A stretch of 64,000 nucleotides of DNA, taken from IMG/VR virus record IMGVR_UViG_3300044630_006741; one strand, written 5' to 3'. The position numbers and the translations under genes were made by a program. Source of the stretch: an uncultured virus (IMG/VR IMGVR_UViG_3300044630_006741). Its lineage: Duplodnaviria; Heunggongvirae; Uroviricota; Caudoviricetes. The notes under the pieces were generated by a model. That model saw only the letters and a program-made list of their open reading frames with translations. It did no database searches and was not told the DNA's origin. Positions 48,415 to 58,759 of this stretch are shown here, piece by piece (position 1 is the first letter of the stretch; each line of letters opens with the position of its first letter).

Positions 48415-48732
48415 ATGAATCAAACACAACTACCAAAGCTCATCAACGAGATACCACTAGAAACTAAGGCCTTAGATAATGAGGGTAGAAGCTACGAGGT
48501 GTCGATCCGAAGATCTCTAATAGATCCGAGCTATGATGAGCCTATATTGGATATCAAGGGAACACCTGTGAAGTACTTCATGAATGGATTAAATAGTCCA
48601 GAAAAAGGGAAACCCCTCGCCATCGATTCGGGACAAGGATGGCTCATAGTTAACTTTGGTCAAATCATCGAGGAAGTTGGGAAGGTAATGGAGGAAATTT
48701 CAAAGATAAAAAGGAGCAACATTTTACTCTAA
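48415..48732 (+). CDS. hypothetical protein
   Basis: ORF. Confidence 0.65.
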   Translation: MNQTQLPKLINEIPLETKALDNEGRSYEVSIRRSLIDPSYDEPILDIKGTPVKYFMNGLNSPEKGKPLAIDSGQGWLIVNFGQIIEEVGKVMEEISKIKRSNILL

Positions 48733-48788
48733 CCATTTTTTTACAACGGGACTAGGCCATATATTTACATCATAATAAATAACCAATC

Positions 48789-49166
48789 ATGGAAAACACA
48801 AAAACAAAAACAGAAGTCTTAGCGGGAGTGCAAGCTTCTATCAGTTCAATCTTCAGCAAAGAAGATGTTGTTGGAATCATTAAGTCTATCAAGGAGGGTG
48901 AGGGAGGCAAGGGCATCACCAAAAGTCAATTGATAGATGCCTTGGAGTCAATTGACCTGGATGACTTCACATCGAAGGATCTCGAGTTTGATCACTCGGA
49001 ACTTGAGATCACCTACGACACAGACGACAACGGAAACGGAGGCGTCATCGTCACAGCAGAGGTCGACGAGAGCTCGGTAGAGGGTGCAGTCAGCGTAACA
49101 CTCACCTTAATTGACGCCAGCGGCTTGGCTCAGGAGATCCTGGACAACTTGGGCTCTGAGGACTAA
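48789..49166 (+). CDS. acidic hypothetical protein
   Basis: SSIFSKEDV N-terminal motif; promoter-like cassette upstream. Confidence 0.7.
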   Translation: MENTKTKTEVLAGVQASISSIFSKEDVVGIIKSIKEGEGGKGITKSQLIDALESIDLDDFTSKDLEFDHSELEITYDTDDNGNGGVIVTAEVDESSVEGAVSVTLTLIDASGLAQEILDNLGSED

Positions 49167-49229
49167 AAACCCAGAAAAAGACTGGTCGGGGAGCGGAAGT
49201 TCCTCGGCCTTCTTTTCTATATTTGCATC

Positions 49230-49634
49230 ATGACCAACCAATATAAATACTTCCAACCTAAGAGCTCTGATGATATCAAATGCTCTAAAGACTGCATGAT
49301 CCGTTCGGTGGTGATAGCCACAGGACGTCCCTACAACGAGGTGTACCAGCTAATGAAAGCCAAAGGCTGGAGGACCAAGAGGTCCAGCGCTGACAAAGAC
49401 TGGGAGAAGCAGATCACCGACACTCTAAAGGAGTTAGGCTTCAAGGCCACCAGACACTCCTTCCCTGGCATCAAGGGACAACCCCGCAGAACAGCAATGA
49501 CCATGCCCTCCACCGGCACCTGGATCCTGCGTGTGTCAAAACACGTAGCATGCCTGAAGGATGGAGTGCTACTCGACACCTGGGACTGCAGATCATCCTG
49601 CGTCTACTTCGCCTGGGAAATTCATCCTATCTAG
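49230..49634 (+). CDS. conserved phage protein with Cys/His/Asp motif
   Basis: DCMIRS...HVACLKDG.L.DTWDC. Confidence 0.7.
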   Translation: MTNQYKYFQPKSSDDIKCSKDCMIRSVVIATGRPYNEVYQLMKAKGWRTKRSSADKDWEKQITDTLKELGFKATRHSFPGIKGQPRRTAMTMPSTGTWILRVSKHVACLKDGVLLDTWDCRSSCVYFAWEIHPI

Positions 49635-49693
49635 CAGGATCTTCTCGGGGCTAGACCCTATATTTGCTTCATAACCAATCAACACATAAGAAC

Positions 49694-49984
49694 ATGAGCA
49701 ATAATGAAAAAATCGAGCAGCTTCTCGTCACTCTAGTTGGCAATAGCAAAACCCAGATTAATGTATGTGACCTTCTTGTTGACTACATTAGCTCTTTGAG
49801 CGAAGTTGAACAAATAGAATTGATCCAAAGAATCCCTGAAGAGGTGGGCGAGGTACACGAGTGTCATAGTTGCAGCCACACCACTTTAGACGAAAGACTT
49901 ATTTTTGATGATGGTATGTCATGTGAGCTTTGTAGCTCATCCTACCACTGGAATCACGAAGGACAAAGCGGTTACCTACCTTGA
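49694..49984 (+). CDS. CxxC-containing early protein
   Basis: ATG after cassette; CHSC..CELC. Confidence 0.65.
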   Translation: MSNNEKIEQLLVTLVGNSKTQINVCDLLVDYISSLSEVEQIELIQRIPEEVGEVHECHSCSHTTLDERLIFDDGMSCELCSSSYHWNHEGQSGYLP

Positions 49985-50058
49985 AAAAGATAAGACCTTC
50001 GGGGTTACACTGGGGCTAGATCCTATATTTGCAGCATAACCAATTAACACATAAGAGC

Positions 50059-50286
50059 ATGAGCGAGAAAAAACTCTATTGCGTGGTCGTTACAGACCCT
50101 GCTGATGTACTAGGCTGCTTAGAAAGCCCTATCATCTTCCACATCAAAACAGACGAAGCTGCAGCTGCTGAAGCCAAGGTCATTGAAGAACTCACGTCGG
50201 AGGACTATGGCTATGACATTGAGGATGTGACAGGCTTGGACATCTTTGTCTTCGAGGTCACTGAGTTGGACATTTTAGAGGGATAA
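50059..50286 (+). CDS. acidic early protein
   Basis: ATG after cassette. Confidence 0.65.
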   Translation: MSEKKLYCVVVTDPADVLGCLESPIIFHIKTDEAAAAEAKVIEELTSEDYGYDIEDVTGLDIFVFEVTELDILEG

Positions 50287-50360
50287 CTTTTCAAGAACCC
50301 TCGGGGCTTCCCGGTGGTTCATTCCTATATTTGCTTCATAACCAATCAACATATAAGAAC

Positions 50361-50660
50361 ATGGCAAAAAAAGAAGAGATCATTTCAAAGACAGGCTTCC
50401 TCATCTACAACGATGGCTACAACAACAGTGGCAAGAGCTGGTCACTAACAGGCTCTCCCAAAGGGGTATACCGCTTCCGAGACTATGAATGTGCCTACGA
50501 TATACAGGATCACCTAAAGGAGAAGGTGGGCAGTCCAGAGGGCATTAAATGGGACTCCGAGTACTGCCAGATGTGGGCCTACTTCCCAGACAAGAGATCG
50601 GCAGTCAACTACCTTAAGAAGATCGAGAAGTACTTCGAGAAGGCAGTAAGCATCCTCTAA
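50361..50660 (+). CDS. hypothetical early protein
   Basis: ATG after cassette. Confidence 0.7.
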   Translation: MAKKEEIISKTGFLIYNDGYNNSGKSWSLTGSPKGVYRFRDYECAYDIQDHLKEKVGSPEGIKWDSEYCQMWAYFPDKRSAVNYLKKIEKYFEKAVSIL

Positions 50661-50735
50661 AAAAGTCAGCCGGGGAGCAGGTTCTTCCCGGCTTTCTCTC
50701 TTACATTTGCATCACAACCAATACTCATAAAGAAC

Positions 50736-51167
50736 ATGTCAACACGCTCAAGAATAGGAATGATAAACGAGGACGGATCTATCACCTCCGTCTACTGTCA
50801 CTGGGACGGCTATCCAAGCCACAACGGTTTAATTCTAGAGAAGAACTACCAGGACCCCGAGAAGATCAAGACGCTAATGTCTTTAGGCGATCTTTCCTCA
50901 CTAGGCAAAAAATTGATCCCTGAGGGAAACGCTGTGCACACCTTCGATGACCCTGCGGATGGCGTATGTGTGTTCTATGGCAGGGACCGAAAAGAAATCG
51001 GCACCAATTGTAAGGTCTCAGCAAACATGAAGGAATTCATTGAAATGTCAGACTGGTGTGACTACTGCTACATCTTTGAAGCCGGGGTGTGGTTCGTAAT
51101 AGAGATGCACCATGGGAATAAGCCGGTGAAGCTCTCTGAATACTTTGCAAAAGATCCTAGGGAATAA
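50736..51167 (+). CDS. conserved phage protein
   Basis: MSTRSRIG...SVYCHWDGYP...LGDLSSL...YGRDR. Confidence 0.8.
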   Translation: MSTRSRIGMINEDGSITSVYCHWDGYPSHNGLILEKNYQDPEKIKTLMSLGDLSSLGKKLIPEGNAVHTFDDPADGVCVFYGRDRKEIGTNCKVSANMKEFIEMSDWCDYCYIFEAGVWFVIEMHHGNKPVKLSEYFAKDPRE

Positions 51168-51241
51168 TCACAAACCATTTTTTTTCTACGGTGATTTCAA
51201 TTACTTTAGCTGCATAACCAAAAGATAAACTCTATAGCAAA

Positions 51242-52261
51242 ATGGCAAGAAAAGAAACAACAGGACAGAGAGCGCCAATGAGCCCAGAAGCTCGTCAGCG
51301 CATCGCAGAGGCTGTACGCCTAGCAGCAGAACGCAAACGTCAGGAGATGGGTTTACCCCCTGCACAGCCAACCGCACAAAGACCGCCGGCTAACCCAGTC
51401 TTCGTGGATCGAGCAATCGAGTTGGTGAAGATGCAGGACCAACACTTCGCAGATGACTTATTCGTACCCATGCCAACTGGCAAGGCTATTGACACCTTGT
51501 TCACCAACGACGGGGGTTTGCCTAAAGCATGTAACTACATGGTGATTGGAGACCCGGGTGTCGGTAAATCTACGGTCACTTTAGATATGCTATCTGATCT
51601 GGCTCGTGTCGGTAAAAAGGTCTTATTCATCTCCGCGGAAATGACGAGGATCGACCTTTGGGGCTACGTAAAAAGATATCCAAAGTTCGGAGAAGTTCCG
51701 GTACTTTTCTTAGGAGAGTATTTGGACGCTAACCCAAAGCAAGTAGTCGAGGACTCATTAAAGCCCGGCTATGACATTGTCTTGATCGACTCCTTCGCCG
51801 AGGTACAAGAGGCAGTCAAAGAGTCAAATTACATGACAACAGGACAGTCAGAGAAGTGGTTAATTGATCTTATGATCGTCAACAATATGGGTCAGAACGA
51901 CACAGGAACCAACACCACATTCCTGGCCATTCAGCAGGTAACCAAAGGAGGCGTGTTCGTAGGGTCCAACAAATTGAAGCACAACACCACCGGTATGATG
52001 GAACTCCGCATTGATGCAGATACCGGATCATCTTTTGTCATCTTTACAAAGAACCGCAGAGGCATCGTTAATCGTAGACTTTTCTTCTCCTTGGCAGAGT
52101 CCGGAGACGTTGTATACGACACACGCCGCTTAAACTCCGACAATGAGGCGAGAGAAGCCCTAAGTGCCGAAAAGAAGCAGATGGAAGAGGAGGAAAATGC
52201 ATTTGACACCTTGTTCGGAGACGGCATGGTTGAACGCTACACACCACGTGACGATTTTTAG
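51242..52261 (+). CDS. RecA-superfamily (RadA/Sms-like) ATPase
   Basis: Walker A GDPGVGKST; FISAEM; Walker B LIDS; QVTKGG.F.G...LKH; KNR. Confidence 0.8.
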   Translation: MARKETTGQRAPMSPEARQRIAEAVRLAAERKRQEMGLPPAQPTAQRPPANPVFVDRAIELVKMQDQHFADDLFVPMPTGKAIDTLFTNDGGLPKACNYMVIGDPGVGKSTVTLDMLSDLARVGKKVLFISAEMTRIDLWGYVKRYPKFGEVPVLFLGEYLDANPKQVVEDSLKPGYDIVLIDSFAEVQEAVKESNYMTTGQSEKWLIDLMIVNNMGQNDTGTNTTFLAIQQVTKGGVFVGSNKLKHNTTGMMELRIDADTGSSFVIFTKNRRGIVNRRLFFSLAESGDVVYDTRRLNSDNEAREALSAEKKQMEEEENAFDTLFGDGMVERYTPRDDF

Positions 52262-52366
52262 GAAGCTATAGAGGAGGATCGGGCTCTAAAAAAGATTACA
52301 AACCTTCTCTTTTATCCCGGTCCTTTATCTTACTTTAGCACTATCAATCAAAACAACATAAAGCTT

Positions 52367-53464
52367 ATGAAAAAGTTTGAAACAATCTCCCAGGACATTT
52401 GGGACGCAAAGGCCAAGGAGGCCTTAGAAAAACAACCTCTCCGTAAGGAGATATCGCTAAGGGAGGTACAGCTGGTTAACAGCGACACCTTATCGATCTC
52501 AGGTAAGCCCGTCCGACTGACAGTGCAGGCCTTCAAAGACCTCTGTAAGATCGTTGGTTTGCCTATCGGCTTCGACAAGACCTTCACCGGCACATTCGGC
52601 GAGGGAGCACGCCAACAATTGGTCAATAAGCTAAAGGTCGTAGCAGCTTCGAAGGGTAACACCTCAGTGAGCTTGGTCTTCTCGCCCTTTACCAAAGAGA
52701 TCGTAAGTATCCAGAGGGATCCACGTGAAATTGTTAGCAACAAGACCTTCTTGGACACCACTACTCGTATCGTGGATCGCTACGGACTTGAGATCAATAG
52801 CTTCTCAGTTAACGAGGATGGTCGTTTAGCAATCAACGCTTCTTCACCAAAAAATGAGTTTGGTATCAAGGGGTTGCCTAACGAGGATCACTACGGGGGT
52901 GTGAGTTTCTTGAACAGCCCAGATGGAGGCTTCGAGGTTACACCGTTCCTTTACCGCTTGGTCTGCGCCAACGGCATGATAGGAAAAAGCTTCGAGGAAA
53001 GCATGAAGCTTGGGTCAATGGATCCGGTTTCCGTAGAAACTATGTGGAACCAGCTAAATGAATTAGCACTCCGCAACTTCCGACCTATCGGGTTTGAAAA
53101 TCGTATCCGCAAGGCGATGAACACGCCGGCTTCACTAGCCGAGCTAGGAGATGCTCACTACTCAATACTTAGCCTTAGTGACGTTCGCCTCAGAGAAGCC
53201 GAAGCTTGGGTGCCTTATCACGAGACAAAGGACGTGTTCCACCGAGCTGAGATTGACACAGTAACGATGACGCCAGGACAGCGTAAGTGCGCCAAAACTG
53301 GAACATCGATCTGGGACTTAGTGAATGGTATTACTCACTTCGCTACACACGACAACGGCTTTAAAATCGAGGACTACGATCGTCGTCGTCTTCAGGTCGA
53401 GGCTTCTAAGATCCTATCTAAGAAGACCTACGATATGGAAAACATCGTAGCAAGTCCGTACTAA
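52367..53464 (+). CDS. DUF932-like phage protein
   Basis: NS.DG...PFLYRLVCANGM; S.WDLVNGIT.FATH. Confidence 0.6.
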   Translation: MKKFETISQDIWDAKAKEALEKQPLRKEISLREVQLVNSDTLSISGKPVRLTVQAFKDLCKIVGLPIGFDKTFTGTFGEGARQQLVNKLKVVAASKGNTSVSLVFSPFTKEIVSIQRDPREIVSNKTFLDTTTRIVDRYGLEINSFSVNEDGRLAINASSPKNEFGIKGLPNEDHYGGVSFLNSPDGGFEVTPFLYRLVCANGMIGKSFEESMKLGSMDPVSVETMWNQLNELALRNFRPIGFENRIRKAMNTPASLAELGDAHYSILSLSDVRLREAEAWVPYHETKDVFHRAEIDTVTMTPGQRKCAKTGTSIWDLVNGITHFATHDNGFKIEDYDRRRLQVEASKILSKKTYDMENIVASPY

Positions 53465-53621
53465 TATTGTTTGGTTGATTGGTTGGATCTGGGGCTCTTG
53501 AGCCCCATTTCCTATTGGGGCCTTACCACCCAGGGCCGCGTGACACCCGCGAAATAACGCTCGTACGAGCGGGGTTCCTACGTACGCGTATAGTATATTT
53601 GTATCATAACCAATAAGCACT

Positions 53622-53879
53622 ATGGATAAGGTATATGTTGTAATGAACAGATCAGAGGTCGAGAAAGACATCTGTATTATCTCTACTGATCTAATTAAGG
53701 CTAAGTCCTCATTTGATACCTACTCTGCCAACTGGGGCATGACAGTTCTGGCTGAGGTGGAGCTGGACAAGGACTTCGGTATGGATGATGACTTCCTCTT
53801 CTGGGGTGGCACCGTCCTGTATGAGTTCCACAATGAGCCAGACGAGGATGACTCGGAGTACGAGTTTAGTTTCGTATAA
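53622..53879 (+). CDS. acidic early protein
   Basis: Promoter cassette; weak resemblance to 40199..40432. Confidence 0.65.
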   Translation: MDKVYVVMNRSEVEKDICIISTDLIKAKSSFDTYSANWGMTVLAEVELDKDFGMDDDFLFWGGTVLYEFHNEPDEDDSEYEFSFV

Positions 53880-54179
53880 ACCTTCTGGGGTTCTGCAGGA
53901 AGTAATTCTATATTTGCACCATAACCAATCACAACTATGTACTACTTCCAACCACTAGATCCAGAGGTCTTCGGAGACCGCTACCAAGAAGAACAAGAAC
54001 TCATGCGTAACATGGCCAGAGAAGCCTTCCTGCGTGAGTCAAAGGAGCCGCAATGGGAATACGATAACGGGTACTAAACAAAGCCCATGCAAGGGGACGA
54101 GGAGGCTATAATTAAATAGCCAACCCTCGGGTTCCCTACGCTAAAAGGAATTAACATTGCACCATAACACATAAGCAAT

Positions 54180-54374
54180 ATGATTAAGAAGATCACCGAC
54201 TTCATACGGTCCCTTAGACAGACCGAGCCAGCAGGGGAAGCGATAGACCTCACCTACGGCAAGCTCAAGGTACGAAGTACCATCGGGAATAATGCGGAGT
54301 TTGACTTCAACGAGCAGTCCCGCCATGTACACCGGGAAATGTGTCGGATCAAGGGGGTTAAGCCTAAGGCATAA
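54180..54374 (+). CDS. hypothetical protein
   Basis: ORF after cassette-like sequence. Confidence 0.55.
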   Translation: MIKKITDFIRSLRQTEPAGEAIDLTYGKLKVRSTIGNNAEFDFNEQSRHVHREMCRIKGVKPKA

Positions 54375-54448
54375 AAAAGTTTCAAAACCATTTTTTTCCT
54401 GAGGGGGTTGTTCCTATATTTGCATCATAACCAATAACAATTAAGCAA

Positions 54449-54928
54449 ATGAACAAGCCACTTAACCCCCAGAACTTCCCTCACATTTTCTTCGCAGGAC
54501 GTACCCGCGTAACTCTTAAGAACAACGCTAAGGACACGCACGTTCGCTTGAAGATCAAGGAGCAGAAGGAGCGCAAGAACGGCCAATTGGTAGGCACCGG
54601 CCGCTTCTTCGTCTACACCTCTATCCTCAACGACGGCGACGCAGGATGGGACTTCGCTGCTACCTTCTTCGCTGACAGCAAGAACTACCGCTTGGGCCAG
54701 AAGCACTCTCGAGGCTCACAGGTCGATCGCATCATGAATTTCGTTTCTAACGCACTTAAGAACCCTGCACTATTCCGCGAGAAAGGTGCTAGCGTATACC
54801 ACGAAGGACGCTGCTGCCGCTGCGCTATGCCTCTTACGCATCCAGACTCAATCGTCTTAGGCGTTGGTCCAGACTGCTTAAAGCAAATGCCAGAGGGCTT
54901 CATGCTAGATCTCATCCCAGCCATCTAA
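54449..54928 (+). CDS. DUF6011-like zinc-binding phage protein
   Basis: HEGRCCRCAMPLTHPDSI..GVGPDC. Confidence 0.7.
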   Translation: MNKPLNPQNFPHIFFAGRTRVTLKNNAKDTHVRLKIKEQKERKNGQLVGTGRFFVYTSILNDGDAGWDFAATFFADSKNYRLGQKHSRGSQVDRIMNFVSNALKNPALFREKGASVYHEGRCCRCAMPLTHPDSIVLGVGPDCLKQMPEGFMLDLIPAI

Positions 54929-54944
54929 GAGCTGGGGTGCTAAT

Positions 54945-55055
54945 AAAAAGAGCCTTAACCGGCTCTTTTCCTGCGGATAGGGGTCTAGGGTGTGGCGCAG
55001 GTTGGAGTACACTCTCCCGGGTTGTTAGCCCACGCCCGTCGGTTGGTTGATCGAC
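54945..55055 (-). ncRNA. putative small RNA, copy 2
   Basis: Minus-strand promoter at 55060-55091; same core as copy 1; terminator AAAAGAGCC-GGTTAA-GGCTCTTTTT. Confidence 0.55.
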
Positions 55056-55181
55056 AGAGCTAAAGTAAGGCAGGACCGCTCGGAACCTCCGAAGGAGGGA
55101 GGGGAAAAAAGAATCACGGATCCTCTGGATCTCTCCGTCATTCGACCCTATATTTGCTACATAACCAATCAGCATACCAAT

Positions 55182-55592
55182 ATGGAAGAAACCACATTAA
55201 GAGCTCAGCTCGAAGCATTCAAGGAAGGCAATCTAATGGATTCCAACGGAGAGTTAAACACCTGGTGCTCCAACTTCTTCGACTGGTTCTGCAGGGATGC
55301 ATCCCTAGAGGACAAGGCCAGAAAGCTATTTCCTAGAGTGAAGACCTTCGTTGAGAAGATGGGGGTGAACTTGGACACAACCTATTGCATCTTCAAGAAC
55401 AACTGTCCTGTGGGTGGACCACTCTACGATGATTTCCGAATCTGCGATAGAGCCACGGGATATGTGATATGGACCGTTACACCTAAGTGTGGTCACAGCG
55501 GCAAAGCTGAGATCTGGGGCACAATCAACGGGTTCCAAGAGGCTTACCGTACAGGGGATACGCTAAGTAAAATTTACAAAGACCTCGGGTAA
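55182..55592 (+). CDS. conserved phage protein
   Basis: FFDWFCRDASL...FKNNCP..GPLYDDFRIC. Confidence 0.75.
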   Translation: MEETTLRAQLEAFKEGNLMDSNGELNTWCSNFFDWFCRDASLEDKARKLFPRVKTFVEKMGVNLDTTYCIFKNNCPVGGPLYDDFRICDRATGYVIWTVTPKCGHSGKAEIWGTINGFQEAYRTGDTLSKIYKDLG

Positions 55593-55621
55593 TTCCCGGG
55601 ATCTTCCCTTATATTAGCTGT

Positions 55622-55819
55622 ATGAACATCAAACAACTAAAAGAGCACGCTCAGGGGATCATCCAAAACCACCCCATTTTAAAGGACGAAGTCGTAGAAC
55701 TCTTCGAACTCGCAATGACCGAGATAGAAGAAGGAGGATCGGAGTCCCACGAATGCCAGTTAGCCATCAATGACATGGACGAATTGGTAAACGAAATGAC
55801 CAACGAGAACCTCGGGTAA
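55622..55819 (+). CDS. hypothetical protein
   Basis: EIEEGGS..HE motif; promoter cassette. Confidence 0.65.
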   Translation: MNIKQLKEHAQGIIQNHPILKDEVVELFELAMTEIEEGGSESHECQLAINDMDELVNEMTNENLG

Positions 55820-55868
55820 CTCCCGGGGTTCTCTCTTATCTTAGCGATATATAAAAATAAAAAACGGT

Positions 55869-56099
55869 ATGAACCATATCAAATTATACGAGGACTTCGG
55901 ACAAGAGCCGGAGATTGACTTCACCAAAATTGACAGCATCGAGTTCGATGGTGTAGACCACAGTGACGCACCAGACTACTCAGACGCATTCATAATCAGC
56001 TGTGACATAGATGGTAGACCAGCCACTGAGGAAGAGTTGGACATCATTAACAACGATTCAGAGTTCGTTTACAACTCACTAATGGATCAACTCTCTTAA
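55869..56099 (+). CDS. acidic leader-bearing protein
   Basis: MNHIKLYEDF; D.PDYSDAFI motif; GATATATA at 55846. Confidence 0.7.
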   Translation: MNHIKLYEDFGQEPEIDFTKIDSIEFDGVDHSDAPDYSDAFIISCDIDGRPATEEELDIINNDSEFVYNSLMDQLS

Positions 56100-56265
56100 G
56101 AAACCTTAGGGGTTCCTTCGGGAACCCTTCTTATTTTAGCATCATGAAACAGACAAGGGCCCTTCAAACGATAGAGATCTCCATGCAGGAGATTTGGGCC
56201 CACACGCGTCCAATCATTCAGAGAAACAAGAAAGCTTACACCAGAAAAGAGAAACACAACAAGCC

Positions 56266-56523
56266 ATGGCAAAGACCGGAATAAAGACATTCGATGACCT
56301 AGAGTTCAGGGTTCATCCCACGCTGGGAGGAACTTCTAAGCTAGCCACGATGAACTTCAGAGGAAGTGGATGGATCTCCGTTGTGGGCGGGCCTCGTGCA
56401 TACGGGGACGGTGTAACTACCTTTGAGGTGATGAGCTCCCTGACCGACGATAACGTGCTAGAGTATCTCAGCAAGGACGAGGTCACTGAGCACATGCTAG
56501 AGATACAGACCCCGGTTATCTAA
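56266..56523 (+). CDS. hypothetical protein, paralog of 56775..57074
   Basis: TFDDL.F..H...GWI.V...FEVMSS.T..YL..DEVTEHM. Confidence 0.7.
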   Translation: MAKTGIKTFDDLEFRVHPTLGGTSKLATMNFRGSGWISVVGGPRAYGDGVTTFEVMSSLTDDNVLEYLSKDEVTEHMLEIQTPVI

Positions 56524-56774
56524 ATACCAAACCAAGTCACCTATGAAAAAGTCAACATTTTATATTCTGCTTTACTTCGCACTCATCACTGCTATAGCTC
56601 TTCTGACGTCCTGTAGCAGCACTCAGCATGGTTATGATTATAAAACCCACCACAGGAAATCGAATAACGCTAAACCGAGTAAGTGCTATAAGACCCACAA
56701 TAAGTGGTAGAATAGTCTAACTCTTTCTGGATCTTCTCGGGATCTGTTTTTATATTTGCATCACAATCAACATC

Positions 56775-57074
56775 ATGAGTGATAAGAGGATTTTGACATT
56801 CGAAGATCTGGTCTTCCAGAAGCACTCCACTATAGGGGTTCCAGAAGTCTCTGCTTCTGTAAAATTCAAGAATGGAGGGTGGATCCTAGTTTTTCCTTTA
56901 GAAATTCCTTTAGAATCGGGTGTTATAGCCCGGCACAACACGGGGTACGAATGGTACGAATTGGGTAGAAACTTCGAGGTGATGAGTTCTGAGACAGAGA
57001 CGGACACACTGTTCTACCTCACAGCGGATGAGGTGACCGAGCACATGATTGGTATCCAGATGAGAGTTCTATAA
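56775..57074 (+). CDS. hypothetical protein, paralog of 56266..56523
   Basis: Same motifs. Confidence 0.7.
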   Translation: MSDKRILTFEDLVFQKHSTIGVPEVSASVKFKNGGWILVFPLEIPLESGVIARHNTGYEWYELGRNFEVMSSETETDTLFYLTADEVTEHMIGIQMRVL

Positions 57075-57133
57075 AACCCTTCGGGGTCTTTCCGGGACTT
57101 CTTCATATATTAGCTACATAAAACAATAAGCTC

Positions 57134-57520
57134 ATGACTAAAGAATTTGTACCCTACGAGTTGGCTGTTAAACTCAAAGCACTTGGTTTCGATGAACCTT
57201 GTTTCGGTTACTACTTGGAAGACGGTACACGGGTACCTGCTTCTTACTCAAAGGCAGGCACTGCGTATCCTAGCAATACTGATCTGTTACCTGAATGGTC
57301 AGCAGCACCAACTTTCTCACAGATATTCCGATGGTTTAGAGAGAAGAATGGTTTAGTTGGTATCGTTAAGTTTGGAACTAATGATTTTACATGTAACATC
57401 TACAATGTAGATGGCATAGGGTTGCTTACCAAAGAATCATTAAACTTTAATGGAACCTACGAAGAGGCTGAATTAGCTTGTCTTATCAAGCTCATAGAAA
57501 TAGAAGAGGCCAGGATCTAG
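57134..57520 (+). CDS. phage protein, paralog of 63029..63409
   Basis: KEF..YELA..LK.LGF.EPC...PT.SQ.FRWFREK...TYEEAELACL. Confidence 0.75.
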   Translation: MTKEFVPYELAVKLKALGFDEPCFGYYLEDGTRVPASYSKAGTAYPSNTDLLPEWSAAPTFSQIFRWFREKNGLVGIVKFGTNDFTCNIYNVDGIGLLTKESLNFNGTYEEAELACLIKLIEIEEARI

Positions 57521-57575
57521 ACCCTTCGGGGTCTTCCCGGGACTACGCCATATATTTGCATCACAACCAATCAGC

Positions 57576-57860
57576 ATGGCAAGAACAACAGCAAAAGACT
57601 TAGACCGCGTACAGGGCATACTTAACAGCAATGTGAAGCACCTTGGGATCGAGTTCATGTGGAACTCCCGCAACGGCTACCACGCTTTAGATTACAAGAT
57701 GGAGAACGAGAGAGGACAGCAGGGGATAGACACATTCAGAAGTGGTTTAAGTATGGGACAGGTCTGCGAGCTGATGAACGCCATGAATTGGATAGCTCAG
57801 CTCGCTAAAGAAAAAGGTAAAGAAAGAGCGAGATTCTTTCTGGAGTACCTCGGAGCCTGA
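57576..57860 (+). CDS. hypothetical early protein
   Basis: Promoter cassette. Confidence 0.65.
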   Translation: MARTTAKDLDRVQGILNSNVKHLGIEFMWNSRNGYHALDYKMENERGQQGIDTFRSGLSMGQVCELMNAMNWIAQLAKEKGKERARFFLEYLGA

Positions 57861-58013
57861 TCCTATATTTGCATCATAACCAATCACAAATAAGAAAATG
57901 AAAAAGATCAAAGAAAACAAGGAGTTTACCTTCGCAGTTTTATTCTCAGCCGCATTGGCAGCAATCACAATCTATAACGCGGTTTCCTTCGGGACGAACA
58001 ATCCATTCTAAGC

Positions 58014-58244
58014 ATGGCGGAAAAAGAAAAAGAAGTTACTAGATGGGAGCGGGAGCTTCTCTTCTACACCAGAGGCACAGCAGGAGGCTTCTTCACAAAA
58101 CTAGTCGATGCGTTCATGAACGCAGATGGTGTAAACACAGCTCGACTGTTAAAAGCATTTCCAGATGAACTCACGCCAGTACACAGGTACCGCAGCGAAG
58201 AGGGTTACTGGGAGGACCTACAAAAGAGGGTCAACAAGGATTAG
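58014..58244 (+). CDS. hypothetical protein
   Basis: GGFF..L.DA...AD..N..RL..AFP motif. Confidence 0.7.
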   Translation: MAEKEKEVTRWERELLFYTRGTAGGFFTKLVDAFMNADGVNTARLLKAFPDELTPVHRYRSEEGYWEDLQKRVNKD

Positions 58245-58363
58245 GCTTGGTTTGGTTTATATGTGGGGTTAAGAAGGTCTTAGGATTCGGGGGTTTCCTA
58301 AGACCTGTTTTTTTGCTGCGGGGTTATGCCCTACATTAGCGATATATAAAAATAAAAGAAAGA

Positions 58364-58714
58364 ATGAAAAACATCACCACATTCGAAAGCTTCGTAAACG
58401 AGTCGGATTCCAAGTTTGAAAGAAAGCATGACAAATATCTAGGCAGACCGGTTCTCCACGAGGTGAGCTTCCCAGCAAGTGGAACTTTTGATGCCATCGG
58501 CAAGGCAGAGGAATACCTGAAGGATCTTGGCTACACTAGAGGCAGCATGTCTAGAGACGAACCCATCGGATTCGCTCAGGGTGTAGACTATGTTGCTAAG
58601 TGGTACAACATCCCTAAGGAGGACAAGGCTAAGCTAGACGGGGTCATCATCCCAGAGCCTGAGTTCAGAGAGGGCGGAGTACGCATTCTCTTCTTCACTC
58701 CTCCTAATTATTAA
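58364..58714 (+). CDS. leader-bearing hypothetical protein
   Basis: MKNITTFESFVNE; GATATATA at 58341. Confidence 0.7.
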   Translation: MKNITTFESFVNESDSKFERKHDKYLGRPVLHEVSFPASGTFDAIGKAEEYLKDLGYTRGSMSRDEPIGFAQGVDYVAKWYNIPKEDKAKLDGVIIPEPEFREGGVRILFFTPPNY

Positions 58715-58759
58715 AACAATCTTCAAGGATCCTACGGGATCCTTTTTTATTTTAGCACC

